Shown here: piece by piece, positions 36,090 through 45,798 of the stretch | Layout: each line of letters starts with the position of its first letter | Position numbering within the stretch: the stretch's first letter is position 1 | DNA from: Candidatus Woesearchaeota archaeon | Lineage (GTDB): Archaea > Nanobdellota > Nanobdellia > Woesearchaeales > GCA-2687795 | Direction: 5' to 3' | Assembly (NCBI GenBank): GCA_030753365.1 | Contig: JASMCJ010000008.1 | Coordinates: 928-64,927, forward strand | DNA length: 64,000 nucleotides | Made by a program: the position numbers and the translations under genes | The notes under the pieces: model-generated | What the model was told of the DNA's origin: nothing | The model's database searches: none | Seen by the model: only the letters and a program-made list of their open reading frames with translations

Positions 36090-36764
36090 ATGATAGCAAT
36101 AATTTTTGGATTGGTAATGGGAATTACACATTATCTTAGTGAACATCTTAATTTGAAGGAGACAAAATATTATGCTCAATTAATCTCTTTTTCTGCAGGA
36201 ATTTCTATAACTTATATTTTTCTTGACTTGTTTCCACAGTTTAGTGAAGGGGCTATACAGATTAATAAGTTCTTGTTTATATTTGTGTTATTGGGATTTA
36301 TATCATTTCATTTGGTTGAGAAGTATATTTATTTGCATTCACCTAAAGATAAGTTAATAAGAGAGTTGGCTATAGAAGATACAGTGATTTCTTTTGTTTA
36401 TCATTTCATTGTTGGAATGATAATAGTCAGTTTTGTTGAACAAGGCTGGGTGAAAGGGACATTATTCTTTATTCCAGTATTGTTTTATACAGCTGTGAGT
36501 ACTTTGCCCGTAGATAAGACTAAGTTCATGGCTATTAGGTTTGTGTTATCAATGTCTACATTGTTAGGGGTTTTGTTTGCAAGCTTTGTAAATATAATTC
36601 CTATGATATATTATGCTTTGTTAGGGACTGTTATAGGAATATTGCTGTTCACGATTATCAGACATTCTATACCTTCAGGTAAGGAAGGAAAACCTTTATC
36701 CTTTACAATAGGAGTTATTGTTTATACTTTGATTATAATAACATTGAATTGGACGTTTATATAA
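36090..36764 (+). CDS. Polytopic membrane protein (hypothetical, 7-8 TM)
   Basis: 224 aa, hydrophobic throughout; no confident transporter signature. Confidence 0.35.
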   Translation: MIAIIFGLVMGITHYLSEHLNLKETKYYAQLISFSAGISITYIFLDLFPQFSEGAIQINKFLFIFVLLGFISFHLVEKYIYLHSPKDKLIRELAIEDTVISFVYHFIVGMIIVSFVEQGWVKGTLFFIPVLFYTAVSTLPVDKTKFMAIRFVLSMSTLLGVLFASFVNIIPMIYYALLGTVIGILLFTIIRHSIPSGKEGKPLSFTIGVIVYTLIIITLNWTFI

Positions 36765-36845
36765 GAAAAGAGGTGAAAAGGTTTTTAAAGGTAAAGGATT
36801 ATAAATGGCTTAATTGCATATTGATTTTAAAAAAGAGGTGAAAAA

Positions 36846-37091
36846 ATGTGCGGAAAATGTGGTGGTTTTTGTGTTATATCTGGAGTGGCAACATGGGGTT
36901 TCTTTGCTTTGTTGTTGAGTTTGTTGGGTGTTGGCAACGCTATGTTAAATGGGTTGTGGCTGACTATACTGATATTCTTGGCTTTTGTGTTCTGCCCTGT
37001 GCTGAATAAGAAGCTTGCAGAAAACTGTACGTGCGGTGTATGCAGTCCAAAAGCAGAAAAGCTTAAACCAAAGAAGGGAAAGAAGAAATAA
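36846..37091 (+). CDS. Small Cys-rich membrane protein
   Basis: 81 aa: MCGKCGGFC at the N-terminus, two TM helices, CTCGVCSP and a Lys-rich tail. Confidence 0.4.
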   Translation: MCGKCGGFCVISGVATWGFFALLLSLLGVGNAMLNGLWLTILIFLAFVFCPVLNKKLAENCTCGVCSPKAEKLKPKKGKKK

Positions 37092-37098
37092 AAATAGA

Positions 37099-39306
37099 CT
37101 ATAACCTTTTATGTTTGAGCAGTAAGGAGTTGCTTACAACGCTTACGCTGCTCATTGCCATTGCTGCTCCTGCAATTATAGGGGATAGGAGCCAGCCTGT
37201 GAAAGGGTAGAGGGCTCCTGCAGCTAACGGTATGCCTAAAGTATTATAGAATAATGCCCAGAACATGTTCTGCTTTATCTTTGACATTGTTAGTTTGCTT
37301 AATCTGATTGATCTTGGTACATCTAAGAGATCGTTTCTCATTAGTACAATGTTTCCTGTTTCCATAGCAACGTCTGTGCCAGATCCCATGGCGATGCCTA
37401 TGTCTGCCTGAGCTAGTGCTGGAGCATCGTTTATTCCATCACCTACCATAGCAACTTTTCCTTTCTTCTGAAGCTTTTTTACATATTTTGCTTTGTCTTC
37501 AGGTAAGACTTCTGCAAATACATGGTTTATGCCTGCCTGCTTGGCGATTGCATTGGCAGTTCTTTTATTGTCTCCGGTTATCATGTAAATAGAGATTTTC
37601 ATGTTTTGTAATTTTTTAACAGCAGCTTTGGATGTTTCTTTGATAGTGTCTGCTACTGTTATTATTCCAATAACTTTTTTTGAGTCTGAGAGGATCATAG
37701 CAGTTTTACCTTGTTCTTCAAGAGGTCCTATTTTGGATTTTAGTTTTTTTATGTTTATTTTGTTGTCTATCATTAACTTTGAATTGCCAAAGTAATACTG
37801 AGTTTTGTTTAGCTTGGCTTTTATGCCATGACCAGGGATTGCCCTGAATCCTTTAGGATTTCCTAAAGAAAGTTTGTTTTGTTTTGCTTTTTTTACAATT
37901 GCTTCTGCTAGTGGATGCTCAGAGTTTTTTTCTATGCTTGCTGCTAGTTGAAGCAATTTGTTTTCAGATTTGATGTTGATGGGAACTATGTCTGTTACTT
38001 CAGGCGTGCCTTTTGTTATTGTTCCTGTTTTATCGAAGATGATGGAGTTTAGCTTGTGTGCTGTTTCAAGGGCATCTCCTCCTTTGATGAGGATTCCTTT
38101 TTTAGCGCCTTTGCCTGTTCCTACCATTATGGCTGTGGGGGTTGCAAGGCCTAAAGCGCAGGGGCAAGCTATTACAAGGACAGAGACTGCAGCGATTAGA
38201 GCAAATTTTATGTCTTTTTCAAATAGAAAGAGCCAGGAAGAGAAGGTTAATATTGCAATGATTATTACGATTGGCACAAAATAAGAGGAGATTGTGTCGG
38301 CAAATCTCTGGATTGGAGCTTTCTTCCCCTGAGCTTCTTCTATGAGCTTTATTATTCTTGATAAAGTGGTGTTTTCTCCTACTTTTGTTGCCTTGAATTT
38401 AAAGCTACCCTGTTTGTTTATGGTGGCTCCGGTTACTATGTCACCTTCCTTCTTTTCAACTGGCATGCTTTCCCCGGTTACCATGCTTTCATCTATTGAT
38501 GAAGAGCCATCAGTTATTTTTCCGTCAACAGGGATTTTTTCTCCGGGTTTTACTAAGATTATATCTCCTTCAACAACATGGTCTATTTTTATTTTGATTT
38601 CTTTCCCATTTCGTATTACTGTTGCTGTTTTAGGAGATAAACCCATGAGCTTTTTTATTGCTTCAGAGGTTTTCCCTTTTGCTATGGCTTCAAGGAATTT
38701 TCCCATTATGACTAAGGTTATGAGGATTGCTGAGGTTTCAAAGTATTGGCCTAGTTCAGGGTTGAATAAGATAGCATATACGCTGAAGAAGTATGCAGCG
38801 CTTGTGCCTACTGCTATTAAAGTGTCCATGTTGGTTGTTTTGTTTTTTAATGCGTTCCATGCACCCCTATAGAATGACCAGCCTACTATGAACTGGACAG
38901 GTGTTGCTAAGAACCATAAAATATAATCTTGATAAGGAATTGTTATATCAAGCCACATGAAAACCATGCCGATTATGAAAGCAGGGATGGCGAAGAATAG
39001 GCTTAGAATGAATTTGTTTTTGAAAGTTTTTATTTCTTCTTTTTGCATTAGTTCATGTTTTTTTATGTTTTCTTCTTCTGAGCCTGGTGACGCTTTGTAG
39101 CCAGTGTTTTTGACTATGGTTATTAATTTTTTTTCTGAAATTAAAGTTTCATCATATAAGACAGAAGCATTGCTTGTAGAGAAGTTTACGTTGGCTTCTT
39201 TAACACCTTTAGACTTTGATAGGGATTTGTTGATTGTGACTGCGCAGGATGCGCATGTCATTCCAGCTATCTGAAGGTTTGTCTTTTTCATTTTTATTAC
39301 CTCCAT
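37099..39306 (-). CDS. copA: Copper-translocating P1B-type ATPase (CopA-like)
   Basis: N-terminal HMA domain GMTCASCAV, membrane CPC motif ([12 protein letters not shown]), DKTGTIT phosphorylation site, GDGINDAP hinge; 735 aa. Confidence 0.9.
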   Translation of the reverse strand: MEVIKMKKTNLQIAGMTCASCAVTINKSLSKSKGVKEANVNFSTSNASVLYDETLISEKKLITIVKNTGYKASPGSEEENIKKHELMQKEEIKTFKNKFILSLFFAIPAFIIGMVFMWLDITIPYQDYILWFLATPVQFIVGWSFYRGAWNALKNKTTNMDTLIAVGTSAAYFFSVYAILFNPELGQYFETSAILITLVIMGKFLEAIAKGKTSEAIKKLMGLSPKTATVIRNGKEIKIKIDHVVEGDIILVKPGEKIPVDGKITDGSSSIDESMVTGESMPVEKKEGDIVTGATINKQGSFKFKATKVGENTTLSRIIKLIEEAQGKKAPIQRFADTISSYFVPIVIIIAILTFSSWLFLFEKDIKFALIAAVSVLVIACPCALGLATPTAIMVGTGKGAKKGILIKGGDALETAHKLNSIIFDKTGTITKGTPEVTDIVPINIKSENKLLQLAASIEKNSEHPLAEAIVKKAKQNKLSLGNPKGFRAIPGHGIKAKLNKTQYYFGNSKLMIDNKINIKKLKSKIGPLEEQGKTAMILSDSKKVIGIITVADTIKETSKAAVKKLQNMKISIYMITGDNKRTANAIAKQAGINHVFAEVLPEDKAKYVKKLQKKGKVAMVGDGINDAPALAQADIGIAMGSGTDVAMETGNIVLMRNDLLDVPRSIRLSKLTMSKIKQNMFWALFYNTLGIPLAAGALYPFTGWLLSPIIAGAAMAMSSVSVVSNSLLLKHKRL

Positions 39307-39449
39307 TTCTTTTTTATCTTTTGCTAATTTCTCTCAATATTAATGTATATATTAAAAATAATATGATACAGTACTATTTAGGGTTTTTCTTTTTATAGTT
39401 AGCCAAATATAAATAAAATAATAAAAAATAGTGAAAGAATAGGGGAAAA

Positions 39450-41225
39450 TCAGCTGATTATCCTTCTGCCAGAAGATGTTATTTTTATGGATTTAAACCG
39501 GCCTTTCTGCTCAACCTGTAATAATCCAATATTTTGAAGGTTGCTTATTTTGACTCGTGTTGTGGGTTTGGTGATTTTGAAGTTAATTGTGATGTCTTTG
39601 TAGGAGACTAATTTGTTAATCACATTGTTTTCATTAATGTATTTTAGAATGTTTAGTTCTAATTCAGATAGTTCTACTTTTTTCTTTAGGTGTTTTCCAT
39701 AGAGGTCTATGGTTTCTGCTTCTATTGCTTTAAGATGTGATTCTTGAATCAGTTCAGGGTTTACAGATAAGATGATTATGCAGTCGTGTTGTGTTGCAAG
39801 GTCTTTTAAGGCATGAATGTTCTTAAGTATGTCTTCAAACTGGTTTTCTGTTAAGAGGTAGTCTAACCTGTCCAGTAAAATAACGCTCTTTTCGCTCTTT
39901 TTAACAAATTCTGAGATTAACTTTGATAGATTCTCAATATTATTTTCGCAGGGTATTCCTTCTACTCTTGTGTATGTCAGCCAAACAAATGAAGTTTTAT
40001 GGAGATTATATCTCTTCTTGATGGCTCTTGGGTCTTCCCTAACAACACCTAAACCAGCAAAACCTCTGTTCAGAGAGCTGATGAATAACTCGTGCGCATG
40101 GTTTTCATCATCTTCTTTTACAAGATAAACTTTTCCCGCATCAAGGCTTATGTCTGCAAGAGTGTATTTGTCTTCTTCTGTCCCTATGTTTATTCCCAGC
40201 TTTTCCAAAGTAACATTGGTTTTATCTAATTCCATCTGAACTTTTTCTTTGGATTTGTATAAGGAGAAAATAAAGAAGAAAATTGTGGTTATAACTACTA
40301 TTACAAAGCCTAAACTAAAGAGATGCCTTCTTTGCATAATCCTTATCTCTTTTCCAACATTGTCTAAAGGAGTCAAAAGAATAAGCCTCCAGGTTTCTGA
40401 ACCAAGATATATGTCAGATGAAGTTATTATGGTTTCACCGAAGCCTTCAAAATGCGAAATAGTGTCCAAACCACCTTTCTTTAACAGATTATTGTAATTG
40501 TTTTCTAGTTCTGAGTAATCTTCTAATTGGCTGCTTTTTAGAATTGTTTCTTTAGAACTCATATCAATTAATAAAAAATAGTTTTCACCAGTTCTTATAA
40601 TTGGATGAAAATAAAGATCATATAATTTGTTAAGTTCAACAATGCTTAGTAGCGTTCCTTTGAATTCTCCAACGAAATTTGGATAAGGGGTGTATTTTGT
40701 TGTTTCAAATAAGGGAGCGGAAACAATAATCTGTAGATTACTGCCTTGATTGACTGAGCCTGCTATGAAGGGCTCGCTTGTTTCTTTGGGTATCTTAAAA
40801 TAGTCCTTGTTTTGGATGTTCATGCCCAAATAATCTGAAAATGAAGGTGAAGAACATTCTACTACATTACCAGCTTTATCTACTCTTATGAGTGAATCGA
40901 TTTTTCCTTCGATTTTTTCATGGACTAGTTTCATATTATCATTGCATTTGGTGATGTCAAATGTTTCCATTACTGGAAATTTGCTAAGAGTGATAAGTTC
41001 ATCTTTTACCTGAAGAATGTGGTTTTCTGTCTGGCTTGCAATATGTTCTGTTTTTATTAATTGATTTTCCTTTAACTGGTTTATTATTACCTCTTCAATA
41101 TCTGAAAATGAAAGATAATTGACTAATATAATTGATCCTATTATGACTAATGAAATTAGCGTAATTAACAATAACTTGTTGCTTTTCAGTATTTTTACCC
41201 TTTCAAAGAATATTGAAGACATCAT
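39450..41225 (-). CDS. Membrane-anchored sensor/regulator: TM1, a large extracytoplasmic Cache-like domain, TM2, a cytoplasmic RecA-fold-like (DUF835-type) domain and a C-terminal winged-helix DNA-binding domain
   Basis: Hydrophobic segments at aa ~17-38 and ~297-320. The C-terminal region ELNILKYINENNVINKLVSYKDITINFKITKPTTRVKISNLQNIGLLQVEQKG is wHTH-like. No histidine kinase or MCP motifs. Confidence 0.45.
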   Translation of the reverse strand: MMSSIFFERVKILKSNKLLLITLISLVIIGSIILVNYLSFSDIEEVIINQLKENQLIKTEHIASQTENHILQVKDELITLSKFPVMETFDITKCNDNMKLVHEKIEGKIDSLIRVDKAGNVVECSSPSFSDYLGMNIQNKDYFKIPKETSEPFIAGSVNQGSNLQIIVSAPLFETTKYTPYPNFVGEFKGTLLSIVELNKLYDLYFHPIIRTGENYFLLIDMSSKETILKSSQLEDYSELENNYNNLLKKGGLDTISHFEGFGETIITSSDIYLGSETWRLILLTPLDNVGKEIRIMQRRHLFSLGFVIVVITTIFFFIFSLYKSKEKVQMELDKTNVTLEKLGINIGTEEDKYTLADISLDAGKVYLVKEDDENHAHELFISSLNRGFAGLGVVREDPRAIKKRYNLHKTSFVWLTYTRVEGIPCENNIENLSKLISEFVKKSEKSVILLDRLDYLLTENQFEDILKNIHALKDLATQHDCIIILSVNPELIQESHLKAIEAETIDLYGKHLKKKVELSELELNILKYINENNVINKLVSYKDITINFKITKPTTRVKISNLQNIGLLQVEQKGRFKSIKITSSGRRIIS

Positions 41226-41433
41226 GATACCCGATTATAGGCTATATATAGCATTATTTTAAAAATTTCCCCTGTTTTTTCACTAATATTTGTCCTTATT
41301 TATATAGAAGATTAATAATCTAAGAGATATAAAGAAAGAATTGTTGTAGTTAAAAATAAATATTTAATAGAAAAGTTAATAAAAACAACTAACATTATCA
41401 AATATAATAATAAGATTATAGGAGGTAATAAAC

Positions 41434-42255
41434 ATGGAAGAAGACAGGAAAGATGAAGAAAAACATGGTACAGAACACCATCACATTAAACATGAACATC
41501 ATCATAGGCATGATAATGAAGGGAAGTTAATCACTAAATCTATTGTTACATTAATCGTAGCTTTGGTATTGATTCTGTTGTTTAATGAGGTTCAGATGAA
41601 TGCTATTTCAGGCATGGTAACTACTGGCGTTTCTGCTGGAGGAGTTAATCAGGCATCAAACTCAGAAACTAAAACAAGCAGCGGATCAACAAGTCTTTCA
41701 CAGAATAAGGACTTATCAGATATAAACTTAGAAGAAATAAAATCAACAGCTCATACGATCGCAGCAGTTTTCCCATTAGAAGGGTTAGATGGAGATGGTG
41801 TTATGGAAGTAATGTTCCCTATAGGAACACCGGAGTATGGTGAAGAGCTTGGAGTAAGTTTTGATGATCCTGTTACAGCTTTAAACGTATTAGCAAAAAT
41901 GTATAGGGGATTAAAAGCAGAAGTAGAAAAAAGCAATCCTGAAGCATTCCAAAGATTTGTAAACTTGGCTTCAAACCCTTATGGTATATCATGTGAATAC
42001 TGTTGTGGAATAGGTCCAGCTGGCGCAGATAAAAAAGGAAATTCTAAATGTGGTTGTGCGCATAATCCAGGAATACTAAGCTTGTCTTTATATCTCTCAG
42101 CATATACAGATTATAGTGATGGTGAAATTCTTAGAGAGGCTATGAGATGGAAAACTCTTTGGTTCCCAAAGAATATGATAGGACTAGGAGCAGATCTTGC
42201 TGGAGGAGACACGTCATCATTAGATAACCTGCCTGGAATGGTAGGAGGTTGTTAA
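41434..42255 (+). CDS. His-rich, Cys-rich membrane-anchored secreted protein ending in LPGMVGGC; strong SD (AGGAGGT)
   Basis: N-terminus HGTEHHHIKHEHHHRHD then one TM. Cys clusters CEYCCG and CGCAHN. C-terminus DNLPGMVGGC followed by stop. Confidence 0.45.
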   Translation: MEEDRKDEEKHGTEHHHIKHEHHHRHDNEGKLITKSIVTLIVALVLILLFNEVQMNAISGMVTTGVSAGGVNQASNSETKTSSGSTSLSQNKDLSDINLEEIKSTAHTIAAVFPLEGLDGDGVMEVMFPIGTPEYGEELGVSFDDPVTALNVLAKMYRGLKAEVEKSNPEAFQRFVNLASNPYGISCEYCCGIGPAGADKKGNSKCGCAHNPGILSLSLYLSAYTDYSDGEILREAMRWKTLWFPKNMIGLGADLAGGDTSSLDNLPGMVGGC

Positions 42256-42277
42256 GAATAAGTTAGGAGGACAAAAA

Positions 42278-42397
42278 ATGAAAAAAAGCACAATGATTTT
42301 TATTTTATTGTTGTTAGTAGTTGTTATATTTGTAGTAGGTTGTTCAACTCAAGGCAGCTATCCAGCACCATCAGGCCCAATAGGAGGCGGATGTTAG
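42278..42397 (+). CDS. Candidate 39 aa lipoprotein-type peptide (lipobox VVGC), Cys at both ends of the predicted mature peptide, ends GGGC
   Basis: AGGAGG 7 nt upstream of the ATG. Sequence MKKSTMIFILLLLVVVIFVVGCSTQGSYPAPSGPIGGGC. Below the ORF-track cutoff. Confidence 0.35.
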   Translation: MKKSTMIFILLLLVVVIFVVGCSTQGSYPAPSGPIGGGC

Positions 42398-42410
42398 ATT
42401 AACAAAGAAA

Positions 42411-42827
42411 ATGCAGTATGTACCAAAAGAAGAGAATAAGGAAGAGGTTTTAAAAGAGCACCAACATAGAGAGGATAATTTAAGGCTGGATAAAGAAAAG
42501 GCTGCTAAGAAAAAAAAAGGAGTGATTATTATTGCTCTGGTATTCTTTTCAGTCATTGCTGCTGTGGTTACCTATGGATTGCTTTCACCTGGAAGGTATG
42601 ATAACTTTGCAAAGTGCCTTACAGAGAAAGGTGCTGTTATGTATGGAGAGGATTGGTGCCAGTATACAAACGCGCAAAAGAATATGTTTGGAAAGTCTTT
42701 CAAATATATTCATTATGAAGTAAATGAGAATCTTAATAAAAGACCTACATGGGTTATTAATGGGAAGAGTTATGAGACTGTGCAGTCTTTTGAAAGATTG
42801 GCTTCATTAACAGGATGTGAAATTTGA
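42411..42827 (+). CDS. Membrane-anchored thioredoxin-fold protein with monothiol CxxT motif (paralog of 45406..45774)
   Basis: YDNFAKCLTEKGAVMYGEDWCQYTNAQKNMFG aligns with YDSFAQCLTEKGVKMYGGYWCPHCANQKDMFG of the downstream paralog. The active site reads WCQYT here and WCPHC there. Confidence 0.5.
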   Translation: MQYVPKEENKEEVLKEHQHREDNLRLDKEKAAKKKKGVIIIALVFFSVIAAVVTYGLLSPGRYDNFAKCLTEKGAVMYGEDWCQYTNAQKNMFGKSFKYIHYEVNENLNKRPTWVINGKSYETVQSFERLASLTGCEI

Positions 42828-42872
42828 GTAAAAGATGATTTTTGAAACATATAAACTTAGGAGGTAAATAGA

Positions 42873-43109
42873 ATGAAACAAACAACAATTGTTACAGTAA
42901 TATTGGCTGTGCTTGTGCTTATTTCAGTTGTTCAAGCAGTTCAGTTGAATGGACTTAAAGCAAAATTGACAGGAGGAGAATTAGGTGTAATAAGTTCTTC
43001 TTCAGGGAACACAGCTCTTACTACCACTCCTTCTTCTGGAAGTGGCAAGAGAGTGTCCAGTCTGCCTAGCAGTATAAAGGATTTGCCACAGATGGTTGGC
43101 GGCTGTTAA
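42873..43109 (+). CDS. Small secreted Ser/Thr/Gly-rich protein ending in LPQMVGGC
   Basis: 78 aa; N-terminal signal/TM, low-complexity SSSSGNTALTTTPSSGSG, C-terminus KDLPQMVGGC then stop; SD AGGAGGT upstream. Confidence 0.4.
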   Translation: MKQTTIVTVILAVLVLISVVQAVQLNGLKAKLTGGELGVISSSSGNTALTTTPSSGSGKRVSSLPSSIKDLPQMVGGC

Positions 43110-43178
43110 GTTCAACCGTTATTTTATCTTTTTATATTTGTGAGAATGTCATAAAAGAGATTAAAGGAGGAATAAAGA

Positions 43179-44423
43179 ATGGAAGAACATCATGAGCATA
43201 AAGAACACCATAAACAAAGTCACCACCATGAATCTGAAGAGCATCATGAACATAGAAAACATCATAAAACTCATCATAAGAAGAGGAGAGTTCCAAATAG
43301 ATCGTTTTATAATAGAATGTATATAACTTTAGGAGTAGTTTTGATTCTATTTATGTTATATAACCTTTCACAGACATTGTCTATTAATATTACACTTGAT
43401 CAAAAGATTGCTAATGTAAAAGAGGCTGCAAAGCCTGCTGAGATTAGTTTAACAGTGATTTCTACAAGCTCATGTAAAGATTGTTATGATATTAATTCAG
43501 CTGTGGAAGTTATTGAGTCAATTGGTGTGAGTGTGACAAGCAAAGAGATTGATTTTTCTTCTGAAGAGGCTAAAGCGCTTATTGCAGAGCATACTATTGA
43601 GAAGGTTCCTACAGTAATCGTGACTGGAGAGATTGATAAGTCTTCTTCATTGAAAAGGACTCTTGGAGAGATAGGAAAAGAGAGCGGTGATGCATATGTG
43701 TTTACCAGTTTAGAACCACCGTTTATTGAAACTAAGACTGGAATGGTTAGAGGGAAGATATCATTGGTGCATCTTAAGAAAGAGAGTTGCGATGATTGCA
43801 TTGATTTAGCTCCGTTAATAAGCCAGTTAAGCGCATCAGGATTAATCCTTGAAGAGAGCGAAGAGATAGATGTTGATAGCACAAAAGGGAAGGAATTAGT
43901 GAAGAAGTATAGTGTTGAAAAGATTCCTACAATTATAATGGATAAGGAAGCTGAGGTTTATCCTAATATTGTACAGAGCTGGAGCCAGCTTGGAAGTGTT
44001 GAAGGAGATGGATCATATGTTATGAGGGAGGTTAGTTCTCCTTATTATAGCATTGAAGAAGAGGCTATTAAGGGATTAATTTCTATGATAATATTAAGTG
44101 ATGAAACTTGTGAGGAATGTTATGATGGAGGAGAATTTCACAGCCCTGTTTTACAAAGGATGGGAATCACATTCAAAGAAGAGGATGAGTTAGATGTTTC
44201 CAGTGAAGAAGGGAAGGAATTGGTGGAGAAATATAGTATAAATCTTGTTCCTACTATAATAATTACAGGAGATATTGAGGAATATCCTGTGTTAGTAAGC
44301 GCATGGGTAGAAGTTGGAACTGAAGAGTCTGATGGAAACTATGTGTTTAGAAAGGTTGAGATTGCTAACCAACCTTATAAGAATCTGACTGATGGAAAGG
44401 TTGTTGGAAGTAGAACAGAATAA
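43179..44423 (+). CDS. His-rich N-terminal tail, one TM, then three tandem thioredoxin/glutaredoxin-fold modules each carrying CxxC (protein-disulfide-oxidoreductase-like)
   Basis: N-terminus MEEHHEHKEHHKQSHHHESEEHHEHRKHHKTHHKK. Three ~100 aa repeats with SCKDCYD, SCDDCID and TCEECYD, each followed by a VPT(V/I)I(V/M) beta-strand motif. Confidence 0.55.
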   Translation: MEEHHEHKEHHKQSHHHESEEHHEHRKHHKTHHKKRRVPNRSFYNRMYITLGVVLILFMLYNLSQTLSINITLDQKIANVKEAAKPAEISLTVISTSSCKDCYDINSAVEVIESIGVSVTSKEIDFSSEEAKALIAEHTIEKVPTVIVTGEIDKSSSLKRTLGEIGKESGDAYVFTSLEPPFIETKTGMVRGKISLVHLKKESCDDCIDLAPLISQLSASGLILEESEEIDVDSTKGKELVKKYSVEKIPTIIMDKEAEVYPNIVQSWSQLGSVEGDGSYVMREVSSPYYSIEEEAIKGLISMIILSDETCEECYDGGEFHSPVLQRMGITFKEEDELDVSSEEGKELVEKYSINLVPTIIITGDIEEYPVLVSAWVEVGTEESDGNYVFRKVEIANQPYKNLTDGKVVGSRTE

Positions 44424-44492
44424 AATGATTATTCAGAAAAGTCTTTGGATTCTTTCTTGTTTTCTCTTTATTGTATGTAGAGGTGATAAAAT

Positions 44493-44732
44493 ATGAATAA
44501 GATTTTAGTTATTATTGGATTAGTAGTTGGAATTGGAGGGATTATTTTTTCGTTGCTGCCTCCTGATATGCATATGGCTCTTTTTGGCGGGAGTGACCAA
44601 ATGAAATCTGAAATGAGTGGTATGAATAATATGGATTCGGGACATCACAATCATGGAGCATTTGTTACATATGGACTTGTTGTAGCTGTAGTAGGACTTG
44701 GTGCTGCTGTGGCAGGATGGAAAATCTTTTGA
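44493..44732 (+). CDS. Small two-TM protein with Met/His-rich loop (candidate metal-binding)
   Basis: 79 aa; loop MKSEMSGMNNMDSGHHNHG between two hydrophobic helices. Confidence 0.35.
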   Translation: MNKILVIIGLVVGIGGIIFSLLPPDMHMALFGGSDQMKSEMSGMNNMDSGHHNHGAFVTYGLVVAVVGLGAAVAGWKIF

Positions 44733-44737
44733 TTTAA

Positions 44738-45409
44738 ATGAAAGAAGGTAAAAAGAATTATTTATGGGCAGGGGTCGTAGGAGGGTTTACTGCAACAACT
44801 TGTTGCATTGCTCCTATTATTCTTGTTTTGTTAGGCTTTGGAACAGCTGTTAGTATGGCAGTGATGCATCAATTCCATATAGTTAGTATTGTTTCAGGAA
44901 TTGTTCTTATGATACTGATAAGCCTATATCTTGTAAAACGTAAATCCGGAACTTGCAGTATTAATGCAGTTAAACAGAACTGGAAAAGTATTGTGATTGC
45001 AATAATAATCATGGGAGGATCATGGGCAGTCATTAATTATCTTGTTATTGCTCCAGTTGCAGCATCTGTGTATAATAAATTGCCTGTTGAGCAAAAGCCT
45101 TTAGGCAATCTTAAAGAGATGGCTGAATCTCATGGTATGCCTGAGATGGCTAATATTAAGGTTGAGCCTGAGCAGGAAGGAAAGAAATTGATTGTGTTAG
45201 AGATTGAGGGGGTATTCTGCGGCTCTTGCGGCCCTTCTATAGAGTATGATGTTAAAAGTGTTTTAGGGGTCTTGGAAGTAGAAACTTCAGGAACAACTAT
45301 GAGTGTTACATATGATTCTGATGTTACAAGCAAGGATGTGATTGTTGCGAGTATTCATGATCCTTATTCAGCTACAATTATTGAAGAAGAAAAATTATTA
45401 TCTAAGTGA
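44738..45409 (+). CDS. MerT-like membrane domain (vicinal CC) fused to a C-terminal heavy-metal-associated (HMA, MerP/CopZ-like) domain
   Basis: TM1 FTATTCCIAPIILVLLGFG (MerT-like CC motif); C-terminal IVLEIEGVFCGSCG HMA metal-binding motif; 223 aa. Confidence 0.6.
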   Translation: MKEGKKNYLWAGVVGGFTATTCCIAPIILVLLGFGTAVSMAVMHQFHIVSIVSGIVLMILISLYLVKRKSGTCSINAVKQNWKSIVIAIIIMGGSWAVINYLVIAPVAASVYNKLPVEQKPLGNLKEMAESHGMPEMANIKVEPEQEGKKLIVLEIEGVFCGSCGPSIEYDVKSVLGVLEVETSGTTMSVTYDSDVTSKDVIVASIHDPYSATIIEEEKLLSK

Positions 45410-45774
45410 GATGGTTAAAGATGAATATTAAACAAATATTAGGAATTGTTTTGATTTGTTCAGTCTTGGTTATGGTTGGATGCTCAAGCATTAATTATGA
45501 TAGTTTTGCACAATGCCTTACAGAGAAAGGTGTTAAGATGTATGGGGGATATTGGTGTCCGCATTGCGCTAACCAAAAGGATATGTTTGGAAATTCTTTT
45601 GGTTATGTGAATTATATTGAATGTTCGCTTCCTAATAGAGAAGGAAAAACAGAAATATGTATAGAAGAGGATATAAAAGTTTATCCTACATGGGAGTTTG
45701 CAGACGGAAGCAGGAAAGAAAGAGTACATTCATTGGAACAATTGAGCGCGTTTAGCGGATGTAGCATAGAATAA
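45406..45774 (+). CDS. Membrane-anchored/secreted thioredoxin-like protein (WCPHC active site)
   Basis: 122 aa; N-terminal hydrophobic anchor, WCPHC, thioredoxin-fold spacing. Confidence 0.7.
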   Translation: MRWLKMNIKQILGIVLICSVLVMVGCSSINYDSFAQCLTEKGVKMYGGYWCPHCANQKDMFGNSFGYVNYIECSLPNREGKTEICIEEDIKVYPTWEFADGSRKERVHSLEQLSAFSGCSIE

Positions 45775-45798
45775 AAAATATTACGGAGGAAAAACAAA

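Noticed and set aside
41434-43109. C-terminal MVGGC tails as PGF-CTERM/archaeosortase or LPXTG/sortase sorting signals
   Set aside because: Those signals are followed by a hydrophobic helix and a basic tail. Here the stop codon follows the Cys directly.
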